From: Camelus ferus
Taxonomy: Eukaryota
NCBI RefSeq assembly: GCF_009834535.1
Contig: NC_045697.1
Coordinates: 116,438,001 to 116,502,000 of the forward strand
Length of the DNA stretch: 64,000 nt
Direction: 5' to 3'
Shown: positions 63,993 to 64,000 of the stretch, piece after piece
Layout: the number at the start of each line of letters is the position of its first letter
How positions within the stretch are numbered: the first letter of the stretch is position 1
Notes under the pieces: model-generated
Seen by the model: only the letters and a program-made list of their open reading frames with translations
The model's database searches: none
Told to the model about the DNA's origin: nothing
Position numbers and translations under genes: made by a program

Positions 63993-64000
63993 TCTATACA

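Overview
Mammalian genomic DNA, most likely camelid, judged from repeated tRNA-derived Vic-1-like SINEs and camelid-type L1 3' ends. The window holds the 5' part of FNIP2 (folliculin-interacting protein 2) on the minus strand. Coding exon 1 (61160-61266) lies in a CpG island, followed by a ~53.3 kb intron 1. Exons 2-6 are at 7695-7821, 4806-4934, 2730-2830, 2553-2624 and 876-976, and a 90-nt cassette-type exon is at 605-694. The gene continues beyond position 1. All exons have GT-AG boundaries and join in frame. The rest is intronic DNA with SINEs, L1 fragments, LTRs and DNA-transposon fossils. The most notable unexplained signals are: (i) a strong-Kozak poly-proline uORF encoded by a CGG repeat in the leader; (ii) a tight CLEAR/M-box/E-box cluster in intron 2; (iii) a phase-compatible alternative first coding exon in intron 1; (iv) a cassette exon with an AMPK-type LTRSASFF motif next to a UG repeat; (v) AT-to-GC-biased divergence that has altered conserved residues; (vi) nested retro-insertions. 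Gene and repeat identifications come from manual translation and recalled reference sequences, not database searches. Repeat boundaries are approximate.
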